Shown one piece after another: positions 38,574 to 47,237 of a stretch of 64,000 nucleotides of DNA. Source of the DNA: Patescibacteria group bacterium (lineage in GTDB: Bacteria; Patescibacteriota; Microgenomatia; 0-14-0-10-38-17); assembly GCA_050953885.1 (NCBI GenBank), contig JBMNNJ010000001.1, positions 9,137 to 73,136 of the forward strand, written 5' to 3'. How positions within the stretch are numbered: position 1 is the stretch's first letter; the number at the start of each line of letters is the position of its first letter. The notes under the pieces were generated by a model. The model made no database searches. It was not told the origin of the DNA and saw only the letters and a list, made by a program, of their open reading frames with translations. The position numbers and the translations under genes were made by a program.

Positions 38574-39071
38574 TTAACTGAAAACTTTTTCCGGCGGGAA
38601 AAGATTGGTTTTATCCGTTAATGATTGCCAACGGCCCCATAATTGCAAATGGAGGGCGGTTAATTCTTCATCGGGAAAATCGTACTTTCCCTCTTTAAGG
38701 ATGCCAATTGTTTCTCCCAAGTCAGGATTTTCGGCGGTTAGAAGCAAAGGCGCTTTTTGGGTTTTTAAAAACAAATCGGCCCGGCCATCGCGCAAGCCTT
38801 GAATGAGGCCATAAAGAAAAGAATAAGCCTCCCTTTGTTGAGAGATATTACCAAAAAGTTTAATCGTTGCCATCTCGTTTTCTACGGCAACGCCCAAAAC
38901 CTGCCCCCTTTCTTCCAAGCCTGCCAAAACCCTTTTGGGGATTCTTAAAGTTAAGGCCGCTTCGCTTAAGGGAAAAGTTACTTGTTTTTCCGGCCTTCCT
39001 TCTTCAACAATTTTTCTTATTTTTCCTAAATTTTCGCCTGCACGGCGCATCCTCTCCAGCCTGTTGGCCAT
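38574..39071 (-). CDS. hypothetical protein
   Basis: 165-aa ORF adjacent to 37691-38569. Confidence 0.5.
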   Translation of the reverse strand: MANRLERMRRAGENLGKIRKIVEEGRPEKQVTFPLSEAALTLRIPKRVLAGLEERGQVLGVAVENEMATIKLFGNISQQREAYSFLYGLIQGLRDGRADLFLKTQKAPLLLTAENPDLGETIGILKEGKYDFPDEELTALHLQLWGRWQSLTDKTNLFPPEKVFS

Positions 39072-39142
39072 ATAACTTATATTTTACCACAGGTATTAAG
39101 GTCTTGACAAAAAAATTGTAATTTGTTACAGTTTTTTTAGTT

Positions 39143-39964
39143 ATGAAAAATAGATTAATTTTTGTCTTGTTAGCGACGGGGTTGCTTTTAAGCGCGGGTA
39201 AAGTGGTGGCGCAGAACAAAATAGAAGCGGGGGATAATAAAGCGGCGGTCGAAACAATAAGGCAGGAAGAAAGAGAGGAGATAAGACAAGAAGTAGGAAC
39301 AGCGGTAGAAACGGGGGAAAAGACAAGAGAGGAAGCAAGGGAAGAAATAAGAATGGAGGAAAGGGAGAATTTAAAAGAGGCAAGAGTGGAGTCAGTAAGG
39401 CAGGTGAGACAGACCCGTCAGGAAACGCGGGAAAATATCGAGAGAATTCGTGAGGAAAATAGAGGTTTAATTGAGCAAAGGAAATTAACACTAAAAGAAC
39501 AGTTAGGGGTTTTGCAAGACCAAAGAAAAGCTCCGATAGTAGAAAGAATTTATGATAATTTAAACCGGCTTAATGACCAAATCGTTACTCAGCTTTTGGC
39601 AAAAATTGACCAAATAGAAGAGGTTTTGGAAAGGGTGAAAAGCCGCACTGATAAGGCGCAAGAGGCGGGTTTGGACGTAAGCGGGGTAAGAGAAGCAATT
39701 GTTGTTGCCGAGGAGGCGATTGAGAACGCGCGCGCTGCTGCCGAAACGCAGGCAGGAAATGTTTATGAAATAACTATCGGTGATGAGGCAAGCTTAAGAA
39801 CGGATATCAAACCGGTGCGAGACCAGTTGCAAAGTGATTTAGAGGCCTTGCGGCAGAAAGTGGTTTTGGCAAGGGAAGCGGTGCGGGAGGCGGTTACCGC
39901 TTTGGCTCAAGTCCGCGGGATAGAAGGCTTAGAAATTTCTCCTTCAGCAGAAGAAACCGAATAA
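39143..39964 (+). CDS. exported coiled-coil protein
   Basis: signal peptide, E/R/Q-rich helical body. Confidence 0.7.
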   Translation: MKNRLIFVLLATGLLLSAGKVVAQNKIEAGDNKAAVETIRQEEREEIRQEVGTAVETGEKTREEAREEIRMEERENLKEARVESVRQVRQTRQETRENIERIREENRGLIEQRKLTLKEQLGVLQDQRKAPIVERIYDNLNRLNDQIVTQLLAKIDQIEEVLERVKSRTDKAQEAGLDVSGVREAIVVAEEAIENARAAAETQAGNVYEITIGDEASLRTDIKPVRDQLQSDLEALRQKVVLAREAVREAVTALAQVRGIEGLEISPSAEETE

Positions 39965-39967
39965 AAA

Positions 39968-40219
39968 ATGAAAAATAAAAAAACACTCATTATTATTTTG
40001 GTAGCGCTGATTCTTTTTTTGGCCGGCGGTTTTGTCCGTTTAAAGAACCAGAAACAATTATTAGTTGAAGAGGAAGAAAGGAAGAGTTTAGAACAAGAAG
40101 CCCAACAAATAGAAGCGACTGACAGCGTGGCAGAAGCAGAAGCTCTTTTAGACCAAATTGAAATTGAAGGCTTGGATGATGATTTTGAAGTGATTGACAA
40201 AGATTTAGACCAACTTTAA
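39968..40219 (+). CDS. small membrane-anchored acidic protein
   Basis: N-terminal TM helix, acidic tail. Confidence 0.6.
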   Translation: MKNKKTLIIILVALILFLAGGFVRLKNQKQLLVEEEERKSLEQEAQQIEATDSVAEAEALLDQIEIEGLDDDFEVIDKDLDQL

Positions 40220-40650
40220 GCTTCTTCGTTTTTCTTCGAAGTGTGTTTTTGGGATAAAAGTTTTTCGCCCGCTAATTTTTTAAGCCTTTTGTCAAAAGAA
40301 TATAATTTTCTCTTTTGGTTAAAAGACAATGATAAAAGATAAGCGTCGACAAAAGAAATATTTTCGTTTCGCCAAAGATCAATTGCTTGCCGCAACACTT
40401 TGCGATGCAAAGAAAATTTGTCAAAAGCCAACATTGCTTCTAGTTTTTCAATCACCGTTTTTTTATCTAATTGGTAAAAGGAAAGGAGCACCCAAACAAT
40501 TTCGGTTAAGACAAAATCGGGAATAACCAACTCATTTTCTTGAGCTTCAAGAAAGATTCTTTTTGCCTTTTGAGCAAGAAGGGGATTATCTTCAGCAAGA
40601 AAGCGGACTACCACATTAGTGTCTAGAAGCTTTTTTTTCTTTTTCTCCAT
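40216..40650 (-). CDS. vapC: PIN-domain toxin (VapC)
   Basis: LLDTNV.VRFL, EIVWVL, SFVDA, YSFD. Confidence 0.85.
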   Translation of the reverse strand: MEKKKKKLLDTNVVVRFLAEDNPLLAQKAKRIFLEAQENELVIPDFVLTEIVWVLLSFYQLDKKTVIEKLEAMLAFDKFSLHRKVLRQAIDLWRNENISFVDAYLLSLSFNQKRKLYSFDKRLKKLAGEKLLSQKHTSKKNEEA

Positions 40651-40879
40651 ATTCTTTAGCCAAATATTGTCCTACTGCTTTATCCACTTTTTTATCGGTA
40701 TATTTCTGGCCTTTAATAGAGCCTTGCATGGCCATAAAGCTAGGCGCTGGTTTTAAAACAATTTCTTGTTTTTTTCTTAGGATAATAACCTTATCCTTTG
40801 GCAAAAGACCTAAAAATTCTCTCACCGGTTGGGGAAGAGTTATTTGTCCTTTTTGGGTAATCGTGGTGATATAAGACAT
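40616..40879 (-). CDS. vapB: AbrB/MazE-type antitoxin (VapB)
   Basis: TITQKGQITLP..VR..LGL...D.V; overlaps the PIN gene. Confidence 0.85.
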   Translation of the reverse strand: MSYITTITQKGQITLPQPVREFLGLLPKDKVIILRKKQEIVLKPAPSFMAMQGSIKGQKYTDKKVDKAVGQYLAKEYGEKEKKASRH

Positions 40880-41113
40880 GGTAATTATAATATACACGAT
40901 TTCCTACTTTATTTCAATAAGTAAGGAATAAATTTTATATGATTAATGGAACATCCTAAAGCATTTTTAAGTTGAAGACAAAGATAATTTTCAATTTCCG
41001 CAAGTTAAAATATGATGTAACGCTTGTTGCGCAATAGCCTCTGTTAAGACAAAGAGGCTCTGGAAATGTCTTTTGTTTGTCATGATTTTCCCCCTTTGCT
41101 TTTATTTTTACTC

Positions 41114-41143
41114 TTGTATCCCTGATATAGTCCACTGATAAAG
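41114..41143 (-). repeat. dif-like site, copy 3 (inverted, diverged)
   Basis: minus strand TTTATCAGTGG-ACTATA-TCAGGGATACAA plus about 30 bp of similar downstream sequence. Confidence 0.5.
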
Positions 41144-41323
41144 AAAATTAATTATAAATATAAATAAAATTAGTCCCTGCTAAGAAAAAGAACTAAAACT
41201 GCTTTTAACCAACTCAAGCTAAAATTCAATTAAGTTTTAATTATAAACGCTTACGACTTGTGGAAAGCCTGGGCTATCCCCGGCGTGTCTATTCGGTTCA
41301 CACCCACGTCGCTTTGCCAAAAT

Positions 41324-41370
41324 AAAGGCGGGCAAAAAATTCTTCTTTTGAAAGAATTTTACCCGCCTTT
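41324..41370 (-). terminator. terminator-like hairpin after the RRM gene
   Basis: AAAGGCGGG...CCCGCCTTT stem, T-rich tail on the minus strand. Confidence 0.6.
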
Positions 41371-41455
41371 CTCGGATATCCTTGTTACTCTAAATTAAAA
41401 CAAACTTGGTTTCTTAATAGAGACAGGAATTTATCCTTAAAGATTGCCGAAGATT

Positions 41456-41746
41456 TTATCTTCGGTTGTTTTGGTAACCTCGGTCTTGACCTCTGGTTTC
41501 CTCTTGAGGACGAGCATCGTTAACCGAAATCGCCCGGCCATCAAGTTCCTTACCATTAAGCTCTTTTTTGGCTCTTTCCGCATCAGCGTCTTCCATCTCG
41601 ACAAAACCGAAACCGCGAGAGCGACCGGACATGCGATCGGTAATAACACTTGCGGAAATTACATTGCCAACCTGAGAGAAAAAATCTCTTAAGGAGTCAT
41701 TAGTGGTGTTCCAGGAAAGGTTACCAACAAAAAGTTTCTTTGCCAT
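41456..41746 (-). CDS. RRM RNA-binding protein
   Basis: RNP2 LFVGNL, RNP1 RGFGFVEM. Confidence 0.93.
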   Translation of the reverse strand: MAKKLFVGNLSWNTTNDSLRDFFSQVGNVISASVITDRMSGRSRGFGFVEMEDADAERAKKELNGKELDGRAISVNDARPQEETRGQDRGYQNNRR

Positions 41747-41980
41747 TATTTTTCACCTCCTTTTGGGATAAACAGAAAGTTTGAAGATTGCACTAATTTG
41801 GTAAACCTTTATTTGGGCCAAAGCCTAAGAGAATTCCTAAAATGAAGAGTTAAAACCGGCGATTGAATTTTTGGGCATGGTTAGCAAGCGGTTGGGTTGT
41901 AGGGAGAAACGAAGTTTTCCTACTTGTGCGCTTCTTTAAATAAATTATAACTTAATTATTTTGAAAATCAAGAGGGAAAT

Positions 41981-43203
41981 GTGCGGTGTCCAGGACATGC
42001 TATACACTTCATGAGGTTTGGGTATGAGGAATATGTAAGAAGAGTGTTAAAATTGGTGGGTGTTAATTTTGAGAGTGTAGTAAAGGGGGTGAAAAAGCAT
42101 GAGTCCTGGAATCCATGGAATCCGGATAGACTACAAGGAATTAAGAAAGATTAATCCAGAAGCAGCCAGACAAACAGTGATTGAGTATCTAAAGACTAAT
42201 GGCCACAACATTGCTGATACCGCCAGGGTTTTTAGGGTCAACAGGACAGTGGTTTATGACATCTTGGCAAAAAGCAAAGAGGGCAATCTTAAAGACAGAC
42301 CCAAGATACCAAAACACCAGCCCAACAAGACACCAGCCAAGACAGAAGGTAAAGTCATTAAGGCCAAGAACAAAACCCACCTGGGGCCAAAAAGATTATC
42401 ACGCTACCTTGAGAAACATGAAGGGATTCTTGTTCCTCCAGGAACAATCAGGCACATTCTAAGGAGGAATAAAGACAGGCTTACTTACAAACTAAAATCA
42501 AACAAGAGAAGAAAACAACCAAGGGAGTTTGTTGACTGGTATTCAGCTAAACCTTTTGAGATTGTCCAAATGGATATCAAATTCATTAGGGATCAGAAAG
42601 CCCTGACTAAAAAGCAAATTATTCATCTTAACCAATATGATATTCCCAACTATCAATGGGGAGCCCTGGATGTTAACTCTAGGTTTAAACTAATTGCTTA
42701 TTCCAAGGAAAAATCTTGGACTAATGGTTTGTGTTTTTACCTTTGGACTATTTCCTGGTTAAGGTCTCATGGGGTTAAATCAGAGATTGCCTTTACTGTT
42801 GATAATGGTGAGGAATTTGGGGGTAGATCCTGGTTGAAGGTCAAAGAGTTAAGAAAACTGATCAGGGGTTTTGGCTGTAGATTAATCCAGAACCACAAAG
42901 GTCATCCTGAGGAGAATGCTCATTTGGAAAGAAGCCATAGAACCGATGACGAAGAGTTCTACATTCCCAGGGTCCTACAGATTAAGAGCAAAAAAGATCT
43001 CTTGAATGAGGCCCTGGGTTACATTTATTACTACAACAATGTCCGGGAACACTCATCCTTAGACTATCAAATACCCTACCAATATCTGAAAATGCAATTA
43101 CCAGAGATTGATGATAACATACGTTATGTACAACCGATTATCCTTGATGATGTCTCGGTAAAACTAGGCCCTTGGAGTGGATACAATGTCTTGGCACATC
43201 ACC
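41981..43203 (+). mobile_element. IS481-like DDE insertion sequence, copy 2 (1223 bp)
   Basis: ends GTGCGGTGTCCAGGACAT...ATGTCTTGGCACATCACC; 5-bp duplication GAAAT at 41976-41980 and 43204-43208. Confidence 0.9.
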
Positions 43204-43322
43204 GAAATTGTTTTCCCGTCCAATCATGGTATTTTTCCTCAACCATTTGGCGTTCTTTTTCAACTCGTTGGTGGCGTTTTTCTAATTCGGCAGGAATAAC
43301 TTTTTTATTTTTCTTTAAATAA
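42099..43322 (+). CDS. transposase, reads through the IS end
   Basis: matches copy 1 up to VLAHH, then extends antisense into iscU. Confidence 0.88.
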   Translation: MSPGIHGIRIDYKELRKINPEAARQTVIEYLKTNGHNIADTARVFRVNRTVVYDILAKSKEGNLKDRPKIPKHQPNKTPAKTEGKVIKAKNKTHLGPKRLSRYLEKHEGILVPPGTIRHILRRNKDRLTYKLKSNKRRKQPREFVDWYSAKPFEIVQMDIKFIRDQKALTKKQIIHLNQYDIPNYQWGALDVNSRFKLIAYSKEKSWTNGLCFYLWTISWLRSHGVKSEIAFTVDNGEEFGGRSWLKVKELRKLIRGFGCRLIQNHKGHPEENAHLERSHRTDDEEFYIPRVLQIKSKKDLLNEALGYIYYYNNVREHSSLDYQIPYQYLKMQLPEIDDNIRYVQPIILDDVSVKLGPWSGYNVLAHHRNCFPVQSWYFSSTIWRSFSTRWWRFSNSAGITFLFFFK

Positions 43323-44755
43323 TTATAAATTGCTTCGCTTAAGGCATCGGCGGCCAAAACCGAGCAGTGAATTTTTACCGGCGGCAAGCCTCCCAAGGAA
43401 TCAACGATTTCTTTTTGGCTAATTTTAAGAGCTTCGTCAAGGGTTTTGCCTTTGGCCATTTCGGTAATTTTTACGCTGGTGGCAATGGCGGCCACACAAT
43501 TATGGACAACATAGCCTCTTACTAAATAAGATTCAGAATGATTACTCATTTCAAGATTTGCTACTAAGCCCTGGTATTTTTTTAGTTTTATTTCTTTTAT
43601 CGGGACAAGAAAATGGTTATCAATATAATGGAAAAAGTGTTTTTTCCGTTTTAATCGGAAAGATATCTCATAAATAGGTTTAGCATTTATTTTCCTTCCT
43701 TCAATGTAATTTCTATTAGAGTAATTGCCTTCCTTGATAGACGAGAAAATTCCCCCCCTTGACAATATTTCTTGGATTTGGATGGCTAACTTCCTGGAGG
43801 CAGTTGCTACCCTATAGGTTTTAAAATCTTGAGGACGACGATGATATTCGTTGCCATCACCATTAAGGTATCCCGTAATCATTTGCCATTGTTTAGAAAA
43901 AGGGAGGAGAAGAATTTCTTCAGAAAGCCTCTTTTTATAGGCATACTTGCCGACGACAGAATTAAAGAACTTAGCCCATTTTCTAGAACAAAAATATATT
44001 TCACAAACATTTTTTCTTATCCTGAAGCTAGCATTCTTACCAGTAATATTTTTAATTAACTGTCTAACTTCATTGATAAGTTTTTTTTCTTTTTTGTTGA
44101 AGGCGAACGCAACAGCTCCATCATTGGCGATAAGATAGCCCTCGGCAAGATAATAACCCAAAAGCAGAAGCAACTCTTTAGAGTAAAATTTTGAATCCTT
44201 TATGGTTGTATTTGGCTGGTAAATGATATAGTCTCCCGGTTTCAGCTTGAATGCAGGGATAAATTCTGGCGATTGTTGTTTAAGTTTTTCGTGGTCTATT
44301 CTTAGCCAAGCGCTACCGCTTTTTCTGCTCAAGGGAATTTTATCTCTTTTAATAGCTAGCACAGGATGATCGGGTGTTATTGAAAATTTATTTAAGCGTG
44401 AGACAAAAGGAATAATCTCTAATATTTGGCCGTCATATTTACGGATAGATTTTCTTTTAACCTTGGTCTTAATTCCTCTTCCGTCTAAAACAAAGTCAAA
44501 ATTTTTGAAATTACCAATTTTTTCCCAATCTCCTTCATTAGCTAAAATTTCTTCTTCAAGTGGCAGACAGCCAAAAGTCTCAAATTTGATATCTTTAATA
44601 ATTTCCTCACCTTTGGCGTTTTTGCCTATTTTAAGATAAAGTTGCATCACATCGCCACAGACAATATTGCCCACTTTGCCCACGCCGTCCGGGTTTTTAA
44701 TTCGGCCGTAGTTTTTAACATTACGGAAGGCTTTTAAAACTTGTTGATTGTACAT
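43199..44755 (-). CDS. iscU: IscU/NifU Fe-S scaffold containing an intein
   Basis: GN.VCGD.M, F.TFG|C..AIA, LGGLP..K.HCS.LA; 161 aa after splicing. Confidence 0.9.
   Translation of the reverse strand: MYNQQVLKAFRNVKNYGRIKNPDGVGKVGNIVCGDVMQLYLKIGKNAKGEEIIKDIKFETFGCLPLEEEILANEGDWEKIGNFKNFDFVLDGRGIKTKVKRKSIRKYDGQILEIIPFVSRLNKFSITPDHPVLAIKRDKIPLSRKSGSAWLRIDHEKLKQQSPEFIPAFKLKPGDYIIYQPNTTIKDSKFYSKELLLLLGYYLAEGYLIANDGAVAFAFNKKEKKLINEVRQLIKNITGKNASFRIRKNVCEIYFCSRKWAKFFNSVVGKYAYKKRLSEEILLLPFSKQWQMITGYLNGDGNEYHRRPQDFKTYRVATASRKLAIQIQEILSRGGIFSSIKEGNYSNRNYIEGRKINAKPIYEISFRLKRKKHFFHYIDNHFLVPIKEIKLKKYQGLVANLEMSNHSESYLVRGYVVHNCVAAIATSVKITEMAKGKTLDEALKISQKEIVDSLGGLPPVKIHCSVLAADALSEAIYNYLKKNKKVIPAELEKRHQRVEKERQMVEEKYHDWTGKQFR
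43499..44569 (-). mobile_element. intein with LAGLIDADG homing endonuclease (357 aa)
   Basis: C1 (CLP), block B ITPDHP, LLGYYLAEG and ITGYLNGDG, terminal VHN followed by Cys+1. Confidence 0.92.
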
Positions 44756-44756
44756 G

Positions 44757-44860
44757 AAAAAAATTCAAAATTCAAAAGTCAAAATTCAAAAGTGCAAGTA
44801 AAAATTTAAAATTAAAACAAAAAACTTTTGACTTTTAACTTTTACATTTTGAATTTGTTT
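44757..44860. repeat. AT-rich palindromic CAAAA/TTTTG array
   Basis: same family as 3820 and 14043, between iscS and iscU. Confidence 0.6.
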
Positions 44861-44917
44861 GCGATTTATCCGATAGTTAGCCTCGCCCTATACGATGCGG
44901 GATTTTAATCTTTGTTT

Positions 44918-46084
44918 TTATTTCCCTTTTCCAAAAGGCGAAAGGCGCCTTAGTTTGGCGATCACTTTAGGTAAAACTTCTAACACTTTATCAATTTCTC
45001 CCTCCGTTGTCCAGCGGCCTAAGGAAAGCCTTAAAGAGCCGTGGGCTTCCTGCGGCGCTAAACCGCAAGCTAAAAGAACATGGCTTGGTTCCAGTTTTGG
45101 CGAGGAGCAGGCCGAAGCGGTGGAGGCGGCAATACCGTAACGGTCTAGTTCAAAAATAATCGCCTCGCCCTCCACAAATTCAAACCAGAAATTAACATTA
45201 TTGGCTAGCCTTTTTTGAGGATGGCCGTTAAGATGAGCGCCGGGGATGGTTTCCAAGACGCCTTCAATTAGCTTATCGCGCAAATGGGTAATTTTTTTGT
45301 TTTCCTCATTCATATTCTCCAAGGCAATGCTCACCGCCTTGGCAAAACCCACAATGGCGGGAATATTGACGGTAGAAGAGCGTTTACCAAATTCCTGGCC
45401 GCCGCCATGAAGAAGCGGCTCGATAGCCACGCCCTGCCTTAAATAAAGGCAGGCGGCGCCTTTGGGGCCGTAAATTTTATGAGAAGAAGCGGTAAGAAGA
45501 TCAATATTGTCTTTTTTAACATCAAGGGGGATTTTCCCTAAGGTTTGGGCGGCGTCGGTATGAAAATAAGCGCCGTGTTTTTGGCAAATTTTGCCAATTT
45601 CGGCAATGGGTTCAATGGTGCCGATTTCGTTGTTAGCATGCATAATGGAAACAAGAATGGTGTCTTTTTTGATTTTTGCCCCTACCTCCTGAGGAGAAAC
45701 TAAACCATCGCGATCAACGTTAACTTTTTCCACGATAAAGCCTTGGCTTTCAAGCCAGCGGGCACTTTCCAAAACACAGGGATGTTCAATGGCGGAAACT
45801 AAAAGATGGCGGCCACGTTGGCGGTTGGCAAAAGCAATTCCTTTCAGGGCGAAATTATTGCTCTCGGTGGCGGAACCGGTGAAGATGATTTCCTCCGGGT
45901 TGGCGTTGATGGCCTGAGCAAGAGTTTGCCGGCTTTTTTCTAAAGCTTTCTGGGCTTCTTGGCCAAAAAAGTGGAGAGAGGTGGAATTGCCAAATTTTTG
46001 CCGCCAGAAAGGCCGCATCGCCGTTAAAACTCGTTTATCCACCGGCGTCGTTGCGGCGTAGTCAAGATAAATGCGGTGTTTCAT
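44918..46084 (-). CDS. iscS: cysteine desulfurase
   Basis: YLDYAATTP, FTGSATESNN, MHANNEIG, SSHK.YGPKG, SACSS. Confidence 0.93.
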   Translation of the reverse strand: MKHRIYLDYAATTPVDKRVLTAMRPFWRQKFGNSTSLHFFGQEAQKALEKSRQTLAQAINANPEEIIFTGSATESNNFALKGIAFANRQRGRHLLVSAIEHPCVLESARWLESQGFIVEKVNVDRDGLVSPQEVGAKIKKDTILVSIMHANNEIGTIEPIAEIGKICQKHGAYFHTDAAQTLGKIPLDVKKDNIDLLTASSHKIYGPKGAACLYLRQGVAIEPLLHGGGQEFGKRSSTVNIPAIVGFAKAVSIALENMNEENKKITHLRDKLIEGVLETIPGAHLNGHPQKRLANNVNFWFEFVEGEAIIFELDRYGIAASTASACSSPKLEPSHVLLACGLAPQEAHGSLRLSLGRWTTEGEIDKVLEVLPKVIAKLRRLSPFGKGK

Positions 46085-46332
46085 GATAATGAGCTTTTTT
46101 GGTCTTATTTTACTTATTATTATAAGCTTGAGTTATAGAGCTAATTAATGCAAAATGCAAAAATCAAAGATCAAAACCTAGATTAAAATTTAAAAATATT
46201 TTTAAATTCTTGTTATTAATTTTTGGTATTTGATCTAGGCTTTGCGTTTTGCGTTTTGAGTTTTGCACTTAAGCTATTATACCATTTTCCTCTCTCTTAT
46301 GATAAGCTAACAAGACGGTTTACTTCTTGCCT

Positions 46333-47148
46333 ATGATTGATGTTCACGCCCATCTTAACTTTCAGGATTTTGCCAAGGATTATTGGCAGGTAGCCAAAGA
46401 AAGCTTTTCTTTAGGAGTAAAGGCGATTATTAATGTGGGCGCAAATTTTGAAACTTCCGAAAAAGCGGTTTTAGTTGCCCAAGAAATTCCTTTTTGTTTT
46501 GCCAGCGTGGGCATTCACCCGATACACTATAGTGAAGAGGAATTTAGTGAGCAAAAGTTTACTAATATTATAAATAATAGCGGCAAGGAAGTGGTGGCGA
46601 TAGGAGAAACAGGCTTTGATTATTACCGTTTACCGGTCAACGTTACCTTGAGTAAAGCAAGAAAATCGCAAAAGGAATTGTTGATAAGCCATTTAGAATT
46701 GGCTAAAAAATTTGCCCTGCCTCTTATTTTTCATTGTCGAGGGGCGCAAAATGGTCCTTTTGGGGCCTATTATGACTTGCTGGCGGTTTTAGAAGAAAGA
46801 AAATGGCGTGGTAAAATACAGGGCGAGGTTCATTGCTTTGTTGGCAATTGGTTTTTGGCCCAGAAGTTTTTAAGTTTAGGCTTTTATTTAGGTTTTACCG
46901 GTAATATTACTTTTAAAAATGCCGGCAAGAATTTGCTTGAAGTCGTGTTTCGCTGCCCGCGGGAGAGGATTTTGGCCGAAACGGATTGTCCGTATCTTGC
47001 CCCAGAGCCCTTTCGAGGAAAACGTAATTTGCCCCATTATCTAATTTATACGCTTGAAAAAATTGCCCAAGTAAAGAAAGAGCCGGTGGAAGAGGTGGAA
47101 GCGTTGCTTGAGGAAAATAGCCGAGAGCTGTTTAGGTTAAACTGCTAA
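46333..47148 (+). CDS. tatD: TatD family nuclease
   Basis: D.HAH, GIHP, IGETG.DY, HCR, HCF, ETD.PYL.P. Confidence 0.92.
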   Translation: MIDVHAHLNFQDFAKDYWQVAKESFSLGVKAIINVGANFETSEKAVLVAQEIPFCFASVGIHPIHYSEEEFSEQKFTNIINNSGKEVVAIGETGFDYYRLPVNVTLSKARKSQKELLISHLELAKKFALPLIFHCRGAQNGPFGAYYDLLAVLEERKWRGKIQGEVHCFVGNWFLAQKFLSLGFYLGFTGNITFKNAGKNLLEVVFRCPRERILAETDCPYLAPEPFRGKRNLPHYLIYTLEKIAQVKKEPVEEVEALLEENSRELFRLNC

Positions 47149-47151
47149 AAA

Positions 47152-47208
47152 ACGCGAATCAACACGAATAAAAAACGAATAAACACGAATGAGCGAATGA
47201 TTAGCGCG
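47152..47208 (+). repeat. CGAAT tandem array
   Basis: five CGAAT units; near reverse complement of 3961-4015. Confidence 0.7.
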
Positions 47209-47237
47209 AACTACCTGCATAGTAATTAAGTAAAGTA

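Noticed and set aside
41124-41133. GATATAGTCC resembles the group I intron S element, and CAGTAGACTATA at 50996 and 55758 resembles R
   Set aside because: Wrong order, about 10 kb apart and no other core helices; they are the two strands of the dif-like repeat
26488-43203. Composite transposon that moved as a unit
   Set aside because: Each IS has its own distinct target duplication and the interval contains core-like genes
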